A DNA stretch of 61,487 nucleotides, counting the filler, from Sphacelaria rigidula (taxonomy: Eukaryota), in NCBI GenBank assembly GCA_964200075.2. It is 6 parts of 6 records of this genome, joined end to end, with 100 filler letters (N's around TTAATTAATTAA, not from the genome) between each part and the next. Parts side by side here need not be neighbours in the genome. Positions count along the whole stretch, not along the records: positions 1 to 10,165 come from CAXNAA020007001.1; positions 10,266 to 20,430 come from CAXNAA020007002.1; 4 more parts are not named here. One strand, 5' to 3'. The notes beneath the pieces were generated by a model. It had not been told where the DNA came from and ran no database searches. It saw nothing but the letters and a program-made list of their open reading frames with translations. Shown one piece after another: positions 1-10,336 of this stretch. The position numbers were made by a program, and so were the translations under genes. Position 1 is the stretch's first letter, and each line of letters starts with the position of its first letter.

Positions 1-8
1 ATAGAAAG

Positions 9-131
9 TGCGTCCGACGGGAATCGAACCAGCGACTAACTTTTGTGACGGTTTAAGAGACAACCACCTAGACTACTGACAAGTCAGCTGACTTGTCAGT
101 AGTCTAGTTGGTTGTTTCTTGAACCGCCACA
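9..131 (-). repeat. tRNA-derived (SINE-like) head with fold-back duplication; palindrome at 44-131
   Basis: Minus strand has A-box-like TAGTCTAGGTGG and B-box GGTTCGATTCC. 44-bp arms with 4 mismatches and no loop, centred on GTCAG|CTGAC. Confidence 0.6.
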
Positions 132-137
132 GTCCTT

Positions 138-341
138 AGAGGTCCGCATCGGAATTCGAACGACCCTATGATTGGGATTAAGGTTATGGTTAGGTTTGGT
201 GTTGGAGTTACGGTCGGTGTTGGGATCAGGGTCAGGGGTGTGGCCTTGCAGGGACTACGCCGATTTTGTTTCGAAAAACGCTGATCCTGAGGTGTTTCGA
301 ACTATCATGCGATCCCCTGAGCACGCGGTCCTCTTTTGCAT
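138..341 (+). mobile_element. Copy of MITE-like family containing degenerate TTAGGG repeats
   Basis: Aligns along its length with 6837-7023 and, inverted, with 7264-7381; ends CGCGGTCCTCT. Confidence 0.7.
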
Positions 342-1935
342 AACACCCAGGCAGGGTGCAGCGCCCGCGGTGTCTCTGTGCCTGCTGGAGAGACCGTGAT
401 GCTCGGGCCTACCCGGATTAACCTGTGCGCTCTCTGCAATGAACGTAAATGCGAAGTTGAACGCTGTAATTTTGGCTTTTTTAGCGTCGTATCGTAGCCC
501 GAGTTCCGCAATGGCGTGTCTTGACTGCATACAATACATGCACCGCATTTAGTCGGGAGCCGGAAACATGTGAATGATGTGTCCTAGGAGAAAGAAGATG
601 CGCTTTGGGGGCTCAAATCGGGACCTGAGGCGAACATTTGACCCGGAACTCGTTGTACGTGTGCTGTGGATGGTATGAGATTGCCAGGTCCTAAATCATT
701 CCAATATTATCGCTGATGCACAATTGGGGCAGAACTAGGATAAAATGTGCGTATGATTTAGGCCGCATGAAGCTGTGGGAAACATGTACCTTTGATCCGT
801 GGGGTATAAAGGAGGGATGGGGAACATGTACCAATGGTTTCGTCAGGCGGGAGTCGTTCGGCAGGTGAGAGGACAGGCGCTCGCGGGAGAATGGAACACG
901 GGCCGTCACGCTGTCGTCTGTTGTCGTAGCCACCCTCCCCCCCCCCCTCTCCCCCTTACCCCCACTCCCCCCCGCGTCCTCATCACAACTGTCCGTGTCC
1001 CGGTTGTCCGCTCTATTCCTGGACTACAGCACCGTCGGGGATACGCGTGACGGTGAGAGTGCAGAGTGAGAGCTGTCTTGCCGTATGCACGCGCTATATG
1101 TGTGTGTGTGTGCATGCATGTGCTTTTGTCGGTTTGTCTCTTCGACGGTAGTGATTTTGAGTGTGGCTTCGTGCGCAGCCAAGTTGCCGGTCTTCGCCGG
1201 TTTTTTCTAGGCGACTGCCTCTGTTTGCTCATGGCGTAACGAACAGGGACGCCGTTTTTTAATTGAGAGTCTGTTGGCGCGAAAGAAGACACATGTCTCG
1301 TGACGTCGAGTCTACGGAGGAGTGATGTTCACGTGTCCAATTTTTGAAGAAAGTGGTGAGGGGTGTGGTGTAAGTTGTCGCGCGGCGGAACACCGAGACC
1401 CGTTGTTGTGAAACAGGACGGGTACTCTGTCTCCGCGGAATCAAGGGAGACCTCCCCTCAAAAGTTGCCTGCCCTGAGGATTGAGCTCGGAACGTGCGGG
1501 AGCGGCACTGGCGTCATACGTTGACCCGTTTGAGTCCTCTCGAAGTAGCTGGCGGAGGATCTGACCCTCACCTGATGTGTAGGTTTGAGTATACAGATGA
1601 ACCGAGAGAGTACCGACACACACCCGTACTGACGAGGGCGTTGAGCCCATGATGAGGAAAGACCGCGTGCTTTCTATGCAGCATCGTAGTAACACACTGG
1701 GGTGGACAAGTTTCCAACCTCTCGGTTCAGAGAGTACCTGCGGGGACACCGCTCTTGATTTTAACCCCAGCATTAACCCCAACCAGGTGAAAAGAACACG
1801 CGGTCATACCACACACGAGAGCCTCTGCGTTGTATCTTGTCAAGTGCAGAGATGACTTTTTTTTCACTCTTTTTGCTGATGATTGACCGACAGGAAGCGA
1901 TCGTCTCGTGGGGTTCCACCGGGTGGTGAAACAGG

Positions 1936-4652
1936 ATGTTGTCGACGAAGAGGCTGTACGGATGCGTGATTGGGATCATCTTCTGCTTGGCTTTCTTCGC
2001 GCGTTCGGCTGCAGCAGGTGAGTCGCACACCTTTTGTCGCGAACATCACGGCCTTTCGTGTACTGCTGGTGTAGGCGGATCGGAAATGGTACACATGAGG
2101 GTCGGATGTCTACGGTAGACCTTGGGCGTTGATCCCGGCGCTGGCTTGGTGTTGAACTGTACAGTGCTGACGCGTTTGGGGTGCTCTTCGGGTGTGTCGT
2201 GTATTCCTGGGTTACGGCAGAGAGAGTTTCAGCGCCCGAACTCGTTTTATGTTCTTGAACTTACGCGTCAGGACCAACAGCTGAGGCGGTGGCAGTGCGG
2301 GGAGAGGAGAAACCGACAGACTTGGCTCTGTTGTCTGTTGCCGGAGGCTCGGTCACACGAGCATCAGGGCAAGGTGAGCCCTCGGGAGGGTAAGGAGTTT
2401 CGATGGAAAACTTCGGTCGTTGCCGTGTCGTGGACCGGTATCGGTGGTGCAGTCATGCACCTGGCGTGGTCAGGAACCTGCTCGACGTGAGGGCTGCTGC
2501 TGACAGGGTCCGCCGGTACCGTGTCCCCATCCGAAGTCGCCTCGCTCCGCCGTTGTTGTTGCACCGCACGTCCAGGTAAAGGAAATGGCAGGAGCCTCAG
2601 AAGGAAACGCCGTAGGCGGGGCAGGGGCAGGAGAAGAAGGAGGAGAAGGGGGGGCAGAAGACGTCGCAGAGGACGGAGGTTCCGTGGTGCGTGCACCGCG
2701 TACTGGGCCACCTTTAGAGTGCCATGCCGTGGCCAACGCTGAATGCAACAGTGCAATTCGATTTTCGTGAACGGCGCGAGTAGAGACTAGTGCCAAACAT
2801 GTGTCGAAGATGCGGAACAAGAGCGGTAGGTCGACCAACGTGTACCATACCTGTCGCAGTGGAATCACACACCAAACCTCCTGGGGGTCGTGCCCTGACC
2901 CGCGTTCGTTGCACCCACGTCGCCCTCGCGCCATGGTGGTTCCGCTTCGTGTGTGGGTACTCCGTTCATTTCGCTTGCAGGAAGGAGGAAGTTCACTCCG
3001 GCACCGACAGCGGCCCCGACCGCCACACCGGCACCAACCGCCACGGTGGCGCCGACAGCCACGCCGGCGCCGACTGCGACACCGCAGCCGACGCCAGCCC
3101 CGGTGCTGGCCATCATCTTTCCGATCCCGGGTGAGAATCGTGTCGAAACAAGTGCTTGTCTCATGATGATTCATGTGTTTTGACGTGCAACGTGAAATTC
3201 CAGGGGTGCCGGAGAATATTGTGCGACGCCACACCCTTGATCGGCACTTCGGCCTGGGTGATTCCTTCCGCAAGCTGCTTCGGTGTCCGTTCGGTCAATG
3301 TCGAATTCGTTGAGGTACTGCCAAGTCGGGGTGTACCGCGTGCTCATTTTACACAGCTGCCCCGGTAACGAAAAATCTCTTCCTCGGTTTGCGTCGACCG
3401 TGCTGTCCTTGCGCATGTCCATACGAACGAAAGGAATTCCCGGCCTCGCGATTGGCGGTGGAATTATCGAGATCATAGATCTGGTAGTCGGCCGGAGAAT
3501 TGTTGTGGTCCTTGTGGACGTGAGTGGAACGGTTGTTGGACAGATCATCTTCGTTGTGTTTGCGAATCGGAGGCTGGTGGAAACGACCGAGGTAGAGGGA
3601 GTCGCCATCTCGGCGGAGAGCGAGGCGTCCCGCGGTCTTCAGCTGGGGGGAGGGATCAATGTGAGAACCGTAGTACCCACGTCGGGCTCCCCACACATGT
3701 GGGGTACCTGGATGTTTCCCGTTTCACCGGAGCACAGACTGTGGCCTTTGGGCATGGGTTGAGGTCATATTGGCGGGGAGGCGTCCAGAGCGTCTGGTAT
3801 TCGTCGTCGTGGATATCGTGCGTCGCAGGGTGTACCGCGGTGCCGACGTGTTTTTGTAGAAACCTTGGAGGTGAGACTCAGTATGCCCCCGTTCCCGAAG
3901 AGAAGGGTACGGGCCGGGCTGAGCCTGTTCCCGCGCATCGCGGTCAGCGATTTGGGATGGGCTCTACCGTCGAACTGCCTTGCCCTCATGCCCCGTGACG
4001 GGGTAAACATCATTTCGCACTAGCCGAGCACGCCCGACAAGGTAGTGACGAGAGATGATACTTCCTCCGACTGCTTCCCGACCACTGACAATTTGCCATC
4101 GACCCGAACGCTGCTGTTGTCTACGGATCGCAGGTGAGGGTGCAGATCGTGAGCGTGACGATCTTCCGCCGGGCTTTGCGGGTCGCCGAAACGAACCCCT
4201 TCGTGGTCGTGGTCGTCAATGGCGTTGTCGCCGGTCGCACCCCGGTCAGGTTTGGCACTTTCGCTCCCGAGTGGAACCCGCCGGAGAGTTTCGCCGTCAT
4301 CTGCAGTAATCCGAGCATTTGTGCTGTTCAGGTGCTCGTTTTCAACGCGGACCCTACGCCGGCGCCGACGTCGGTGCCGACCCCGGTGCCGACCGCGATA
4401 CCAACCCCGGTGCCGAGTCCGACGCCAATGCCTGAGCCAGCGACTCCCGGGAATGGCGGTAACGGGCCCGGGAACAGCGGTGACACACCCGGGAATAGCG
4501 GTAACGCACCCGGGAATAGCGGTAACGCACCCGGGAATAGCGGTAACGCACCCGGGAACAGCGGTAACGCACCCGGGAACAGCGGTAACGCACCCGGGGA
4601 CAGCGGTAACGCGCCCGGGAATAGCGGCAACGCACCCGGGAATGGCGCTTAA
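1936..4652 (+). CDS. Predicted secreted modular protein, 6 exons (1936-2017, 2272-2373, 2576-2686, 2981-3130, 3434-3660, 4134-4652), 396 aa: signal peptide, poly-Arg, PT stalk, C2-like region, PT stalk, PGNSGNA repeats
   Basis: All five introns are GT-AG with compatible phases (1,1,1,1,0), giving a 1191-nt open frame from ATG to TAA. Hydrophobic N-terminus ending ARSAAA. C2-like motif NPFVVVVVNG..RTPV..TFAPEWN. The 3434 acceptor (AAG) is the least certain junction. Confidence 0.8.
4446..4649 (+). repeat. 21-bp coding tandem repeat, 9 full units plus 1 partial (PGNSGNA)
   Basis: Unit cccgggaa(t/c)agcggtaacgca repeated up to the stop codon. Confidence 0.95.
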
Positions 4653-6836
4653 CGGGCCGTAAACAGTCCCGAAGAACCGCCCACTCCTCTTCGAGTAGTA
4701 GTACCGTGGTAGGTTTCCTCGCGAATGTTGACCTGTCGGGCAAGCGCCCACGGTTTGATTTCCAGGAGCCTCCGCTGTGTTTTCCCTCGGGTTCTGGCGC
4801 TCATGGGCGATGGGTATTTGGTCCTGACCAGTGGGGCTGGGTGACTGTACACGTGATGAAATGAAAATTCGGTGCTGCATGGTGGCCCCAAAAAACCGCA
4901 GCGATCTGGTCGGGACTACGTGTAGTGATGGTGTCAGCCTGCGTTTCGGTAGTCTACTGCGAATGGGTATACGTGTGAAAGGAGGTGAGGATGCGTCAAC
5001 TGGACGGATGCTGGTCACAAATGTAGACGATGGCTTGTATAGCGTAAGATACTGTAGGGTGTTGATCGATGTAGATGGTAGCTTGTGTAGCGTAAGATCT
5101 GTGGTTGCCGTCACGGGGCAACTTGTGAGATATGACTGGCGGAATGCGTTCAATGGGGCATTCATTCCCTCCAAACCCCGCCGCAGTAGCCCCCAGGTGT
5201 GCCAGATGATGCGTTTTATGGCCTAAGACGTGGGAACTGTCGTTGAATGATCGTTGGCGGTACTGTGGCGTAACATACAAAGAAGTCCTGCCCCCCCCTC
5301 CCCCCCCTTCGGACAGAACTTTCGCCTACGGGCGTGCCGGGTGATACGTGGGACCCGACTTTGATCATGGCCGTCGTCATTGAACAACTTGTACGTTGAA
5401 AACTAATCGAATGCAGATCACAAGCCTTCGTACCCTTTTCGTATCGTGGCTGAATGTTGCCGCCGGGGGCCAGTCGCCATGAAAACGAAAACGTTCCCAC
5501 GGGTGTGTGCCATACTCGTCCAACCTGAGGGGACATGAGCTGGAGCGTATCTGTTCAACGACGTGAACACGCGATTCATGGCGCTCAAGATATGTGTTCA
5601 ACGACAACGTTCGAATTGGCTGAATCGTCGCACACGACCCGTGGTATACTCGGCCGAACTCACAGCTCGCACGCATCGGTTTTGTCATGCCTCGTCGAAA
5701 CGGGTCCCATTTCTTTGAATATTGACGAGTGGGGCTTGAGCTCACGCCCTCTTGATGTTCCACAGCTTTGACGACTTGGACATCCGTCCGATTGATTATT
5801 CCGGAAGAAACGAGTCGAGTGATGGCCTCATCAAGTTTTCACGAGGTACACTGACAGAATACGTTTCATCATTATTACCACAGGGAGCACTGCCGAGTGC
5901 ACACGCTGTCGACATTCCCCCAGCGCATGGTCGGTTGAATGCCCACCTATCCCCAGCAACCAGCCAATGAGGAAGCTCGCTAGTGCATGTTCCACACATT
6001 TTACACGTTGTCGCCCACGCTCTTGCGGTACAAGCAGCGTCCCGTCCCTAGACTACATCGAATCATACAAGCGGAGCTGCACCAACGAATGTAGGGGGCA
6101 GGCGGTGGTGCGAAGCACCGTCAAGCAGCTTCGCCTCAGCTTCGTTATACACTTTCCTCAACACGGTGCTTTGGCTGAGTTGTTTTGTGCGAAGTCTCAC
6201 CATCGCATGCTCCCTGCATTCGTAGCACCAACGGATGCGCTTCCGCCGTCCGAAACACACTTTCATGAGTCTGAATCGATGTCTCTCTGAGCATGTCAGG
6301 CCGTTCAGAGATGAGTTTGGGGCAGATGCCAAGTCGATGTTCTCCTTCGCGCGCCTTATACACGCACAGTGTGCTACGCACGTGCCCCTGACTTTCCGGC
6401 GCGACCTTGAAGGCATGAGTGTCTGGGAACATCAACCAGCGTTCTTCTGCTGTTCGACGTGGGATACCATCCCGGTCCGTTTTGGAGGCCGACTCTCTCA
6501 TGTGCAGCTACAAACATGGACTTGATGATCATGGATTCAAGACCGCCGAGGTGCTCATCATGGTCATCACTCGCCTCACTCATCGACTTCAGACGTTCGC
6601 CACGAGCAACGAGTCGAGGGCTCGCCTATATTTCATGCCTTCACAAGGACCGATGACGCGTGTTCCCACTCCACGAAGTTTTTCACAGCGAGCTATGGCA
6701 AGAGTGCTCGCTCTGTGAAGGTTTTCATAGCCAGCAACGACTCGCGTGTTCGAGGATGTCCACAAACGCCCGACAAGCAGCCCAACGAGCGCGCGAGTAC
6801 CACGAGTCATGTTCGTGCTCGTCCGACGCAAGTGTA

Positions 6837-7023
6837 ACGCGTGAGAGGACCGGGTTCTCAGAGGACCGTACCGGAATCTGAACATCCCTATGGTTGGGGT
6901 TAGGGCTAGGGTTAGAGGTGAGGTTATGGTTAGGGGAGTGGTACTTGTAGGGACTGATCCGATTGGTTTTGATGAACGTCGATCCTGCGGTGTTTAGAAC
7001 CGCGGCGCGGTCCTCTCACGCAT
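6837..7023 (+). mobile_element. Complete MITE with ~16-bp TIRs (A(C/T)GCGTGAGAGGACCG), TA flanks and internal telomere-like repeats
   Basis: TA-acgcgtgagaggaccg ... cggtcctctcacgcat-TA; internal ggttagggctagggttaga. Confidence 0.75.
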
Positions 7024-7263
7024 TAGCACATGTATGAAGTTTTGCAGGTTGAAAACAGGTCCAAACGTTTTTCTTGGCAACCATGCTGTTGATCGAGACC
7101 CAAAGACCTGATCGTATACTTTCCCAACGCGTTCGAATCCCGCCATACCCATCCCGTCTCCCCCCACCCCCCTCACTCCGGGTGAGCGGGAAATCCAGAT
7201 ACCCGCGACGAAAACCCGTTCTGATGGAAGCATGCTCCACCCCACTCCCACCATAGAGTCGTA

Positions 7264-7381
7264 ATGCGCAAGAGGACCGCGTGCTCAGGGGACCGCATCG
7301 TAGCTTGAAACACCTCAGGATCGACGTTCTTCAAATCAATCGGGCCAGTCCTTGCTAGGACCACGCCCCTGACCCTAACCC
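7264..7381 (-). mobile_element. Truncated inverted copy of the same telomere-repeat MITE family
   Basis: Reverse complement matches 224-341. Confidence 0.75.
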
Positions 7382-8523
7382 TGTTGGAAGTTGAGAAATA
7401 ACAGTTCCGAATATACATACCCGAATTAGCGGTAGGACAAGTAACGGTTCATCGTCAGAATGACGATCGTAGGAATAACCAAAGTAGTGAGGTATAAAGT
7501 GGTAATTTTCAAGGTCCCGCCCACAGGCCACTTGATGCATTTCTCTATAGAGCCAGGGTGTTTACCCGACAAAATGCATACTTTTCGAACGCTACGGATC
7601 AGGGCCTTCGAATAAACCTACCTTTAGGTTTCACAGACATGGTGACAAATTATGTCGAATATACTGTTTCGCCAAAATCGCGGGGGAAGTAGTAAATCTC
7701 GATTTGCCGGGCCTCCACCACCTCTGTCGAAGAAAAATAAATAAAATCCTCGCAAAAAACTGATTCTAGATCACCTGGTTCTGAACCCAGTTATGCCTGG
7801 CTCCGCTCCAGCTCGAAATCGATCAAGAAGCAGAAAAACAATTACGGAGTACGAAAATATATGGGGGGAATGTTGCTCTAGGACCAATTTCGTGTGTTCG
7901 AGACCCGCCGCGAGCATAATTTTTTTTTCATCATTTCTTTGCTTTTTTGGCGACTCGCTACTCTTTTGCGCATTGCTGCGGGCGTTCCGAAGCTGTTCTT
8001 CTTTTTTACTCGATCTCAGTCAGAAGTTATGGAGGGACAACCAAAATCGGGTCCTTTTGAAAATTATCACTTCACGTCGTAGAGTAATGAATAGTTCATG
8101 TACTGTATAGGCCGTATACAAACAGCCAGCATATTGTCAGAATGTTGAAGGGTTGATTACGAAGAGTCTGGGGTGTCAACAGTTTGGATGAACAGTTTTA
8201 TAGTGTCCAAGAGTTTTATCGACAGAGGGAAATAGCCCCACGCTGTTCACTCTCCGAAGCGACCCACCTCAAGCAAGCCTACCAGCTTGTTATCAGTATT
8301 CTATGCAGTAGAGACTGATTGTGTTTGATTTGAGTAACGCCAGGATGGAGTGGCGAGTTTAGCTATCTTTTTTCATCGCACAAGCAAGTGTTCAACCAAC
8401 AGTGTGCAGCCTCTGCGAGCTCTCTTGTTAGGGCTGGGTTCACCAGTTGAACCAAGTGTCCCTGTCAGGTTGACAGTCGATTACTGTGTATTTTATACAC
8501 AAGCCACGATAGCCATATATATT

Positions 8524-8624
8524 CCAACAAACCCCAACACCAACCTTAACCCTAATCCTGACTGTAGGTATAAGGCTGTTCAAATTCCGATGCGGTACCC
8601 TACGCACGCGGTCCTCTCACGTAC
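8524..8624 (-). mobile_element. Partial inverted copy of the telomere-repeat MITE family
   Basis: ccttaaccctaatcct...gttcaaattccgatgcggtacc...cgcggtcctctcacg mirrors the family left end. Confidence 0.6.
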
Positions 8625-8650
8625 TTGAAAGCAACCCCCTACAAATGGGT

Positions 8651-8750
8651 GCTAGATGTACAACATATCCACTGAGCTATCAGTCAGCGCTGACTGTTGA
8701 GCTCAGTGGATATGTTGTATATCTAACAAAAGTACAACGGGGTTCGACAG
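8651..8750 (+). repeat. Second fold-back hairpin (8651-8727) of a tRNA-like 5' half
   Basis: 38/39-bp arms centred on GTCAGC|GCTGAC; right arm has A-box-like GAGCTCAGTGG and is followed by GGTTCGA at 8741. Confidence 0.55.
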
Positions 8751-9596
8751 CTGCTGGTTAGACTGTTGGGCTCCCGTTTCTACCCGAGGGTTATAATTCC
8801 TATCCCTCTGATGCCCCAAGCGGTTCGCCGGCTTACAGGCGGGAACATGTGTCTCCTTCCTGACGACTGGTGATGTGTACCATACTTTCAGGTATGTATC
8901 CTAGACTTTTTCTCCGATTAACAGCCTGGAATCGTTATTATTGAGGTTCAACATTTTTATGAGGTTTAACAGACCATCGAAATTCCATTCACTTTGTTCA
9001 AAAGGCTCGGGAGTCGCAACCGGTTTCGTCCATGTGCCCCTAGTTCAGAAGTTTCTGACCTGGAGCGAAAGCATGATGGTGTGCAGTCCAACCGAAAAGC
9101 CGCCCTAATTCATTGTGCCGCATCTATCGAGCAATCCTTGTGTCTAAGCGCTGCGGAACACGTAACAAAGCATGCTGAAAACATACTTCATTGGACTCGT
9201 CATCGAGTTTTCCAGCGCCTCTTGTTGTGTATTTGAGAGAGATTTCATACTGTTGCGCCGGCGACGACTACCGTCAGCTAAACGATCCAATGCGGCGGTA
9301 GACGCCAACGATCTTCGAAACGCAGCGTCATTCAGCAGTCTGCTGAGAAATTCCATCACCACAGCAAAGTATCACCACAGTACAGTGGTCAGTTAGATCA
9401 AATGGGTGCCCCACGATGAAGCTGCAGACACACACAACGGGGGTAAGGGATAGTCCGACGCCTGGGGTTGTTTCGCCAGTAGTGCCCGTGCGAGGCGCTT
9501 CATCTAGTCTGAACCAGCTATCACGCCTTGTATGGTCACCTCCGCCGTGGCTGTCTTGAGAACCGGTTTCGCGGTGGAGCTGTTGAACAACACTAC

Positions 9597-10115
9597 TGTT
9601 GTAGTGCAACGCGCTTCAAACCTTCGAGCCGTTTCTTTTGAATTTAAAAGCCGTGGCAGCTCTAGTTTGAATATCCTTTCTGACGGTCCCAAACGGGCGC
9701 TGATAAAGCGACGAAAAGCACTAGCACCCTCCCCTGAGATGGGATTCGCAACAACTGTGGGTGCATTTGGTGAACATCGCTCGAAATGAAATATGTAGAA
9801 CAGCATTAAGGGGTATCGTAAGTACATGCTCCCCTGTTCAAAACCGAAATTTTCTTCCTCCACTACTTGACACCTGTTGAAAAATGAACGACTGCTTTCC
9901 AAGAGCACAACCCGTTATTTCCGGACTTCCCCTGGAGTCTAACTCCAACACTGAGATTGTCGCAAATCCCATCTCGGGATAACGATGCCAGCGCTTTTCG
10001 TCGCTTTATCAGCGTCCGTTTGGGACCGTCAGAAAGGATATTCAAAGTAGAGCTTTCGCGGCTTTTGAATTCAAAAGAAACGGCTCGAAGTTTTGAAGCG
10101 CGTTGCACTACAACA
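9597..10115. mobile_element. Long-TIR fold-back non-autonomous DNA element
   Basis: About 155-bp inverted repeats (9597-9753 vs 9957-10115); they also give mirrored ORF translations QRAS.LRAVSFEFKSR. Confidence 0.8.
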
Positions 10116-10165
10116 AACAGGGTTGCCAGAAAAATGAGAAGGTATTTTGAAATGAGAATCCACCG

Positions 10166-10265
10166 NNNNNNNNNNNNNNNNNNNNNNNNNNNNNNNNNNN
10201 NNNNNNNNNTTAATTAATTAANNNNNNNNNNNNNNNNNNNNNNNNNNNNNNNNNNNNNNNNNNNN
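10166..10265. other. Artificial contig spacer (N44-TTAATTAATTAA-N44); others at 20431-20530, 30696-30795, 40960-41059 and 51224-51323
   Basis: Identical 100-nt spacers with stops in all six frames; intervening segments are 10165, 10165, 10165, 10164, 10164 and 10164 bp. Confidence 0.97.
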
Positions 10266-10298
10266 GAATGACGAGTGGGGAACATCAGGATTGGGGGT

Positions 10299-10336
<38 letters not shown>

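Noticed and set aside
9-80. Functional tRNA gene
   Set aside because: A and B boxes are present but no convincing acceptor or anticodon stems; treated as tRNA-derived repeat (same for 61251-61322).
2585-2770. Acidic Gly/Glu-rich ORF as the true reading of exon 3
   Set aside because: It requires phase-0 junctions, whereas the signal-peptide exon and the TPAPT exon both impose phase 1.
3204-3314. Additional exon GCRRILCDATPLIG..VEFVE
   Set aside because: It has AG/GT borders but the protein-like frame is phase 0; in the required phase 1 it ends in TGA.
4020-5174. 384-aa minus-strand ORF with (IPGCVTA)n
   Set aside because: Antisense shadow of the GC-rich 21-bp coding repeat; splice sites and the C2 motif support the plus strand.
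138-7381. One 7-kb transposon with TIRs carrying the secreted-protein gene as cargo
   Set aside because: The inverted matches are diverged copies of a short dispersed MITE, with more copies inside and outside the interval; no TSD or transposase.
10210-10221. TTAATTAATTAA as a biological motif, and ORFs ending XXX-LIN
   Set aside because: Artificial six-frame stop linker inside N spacers.
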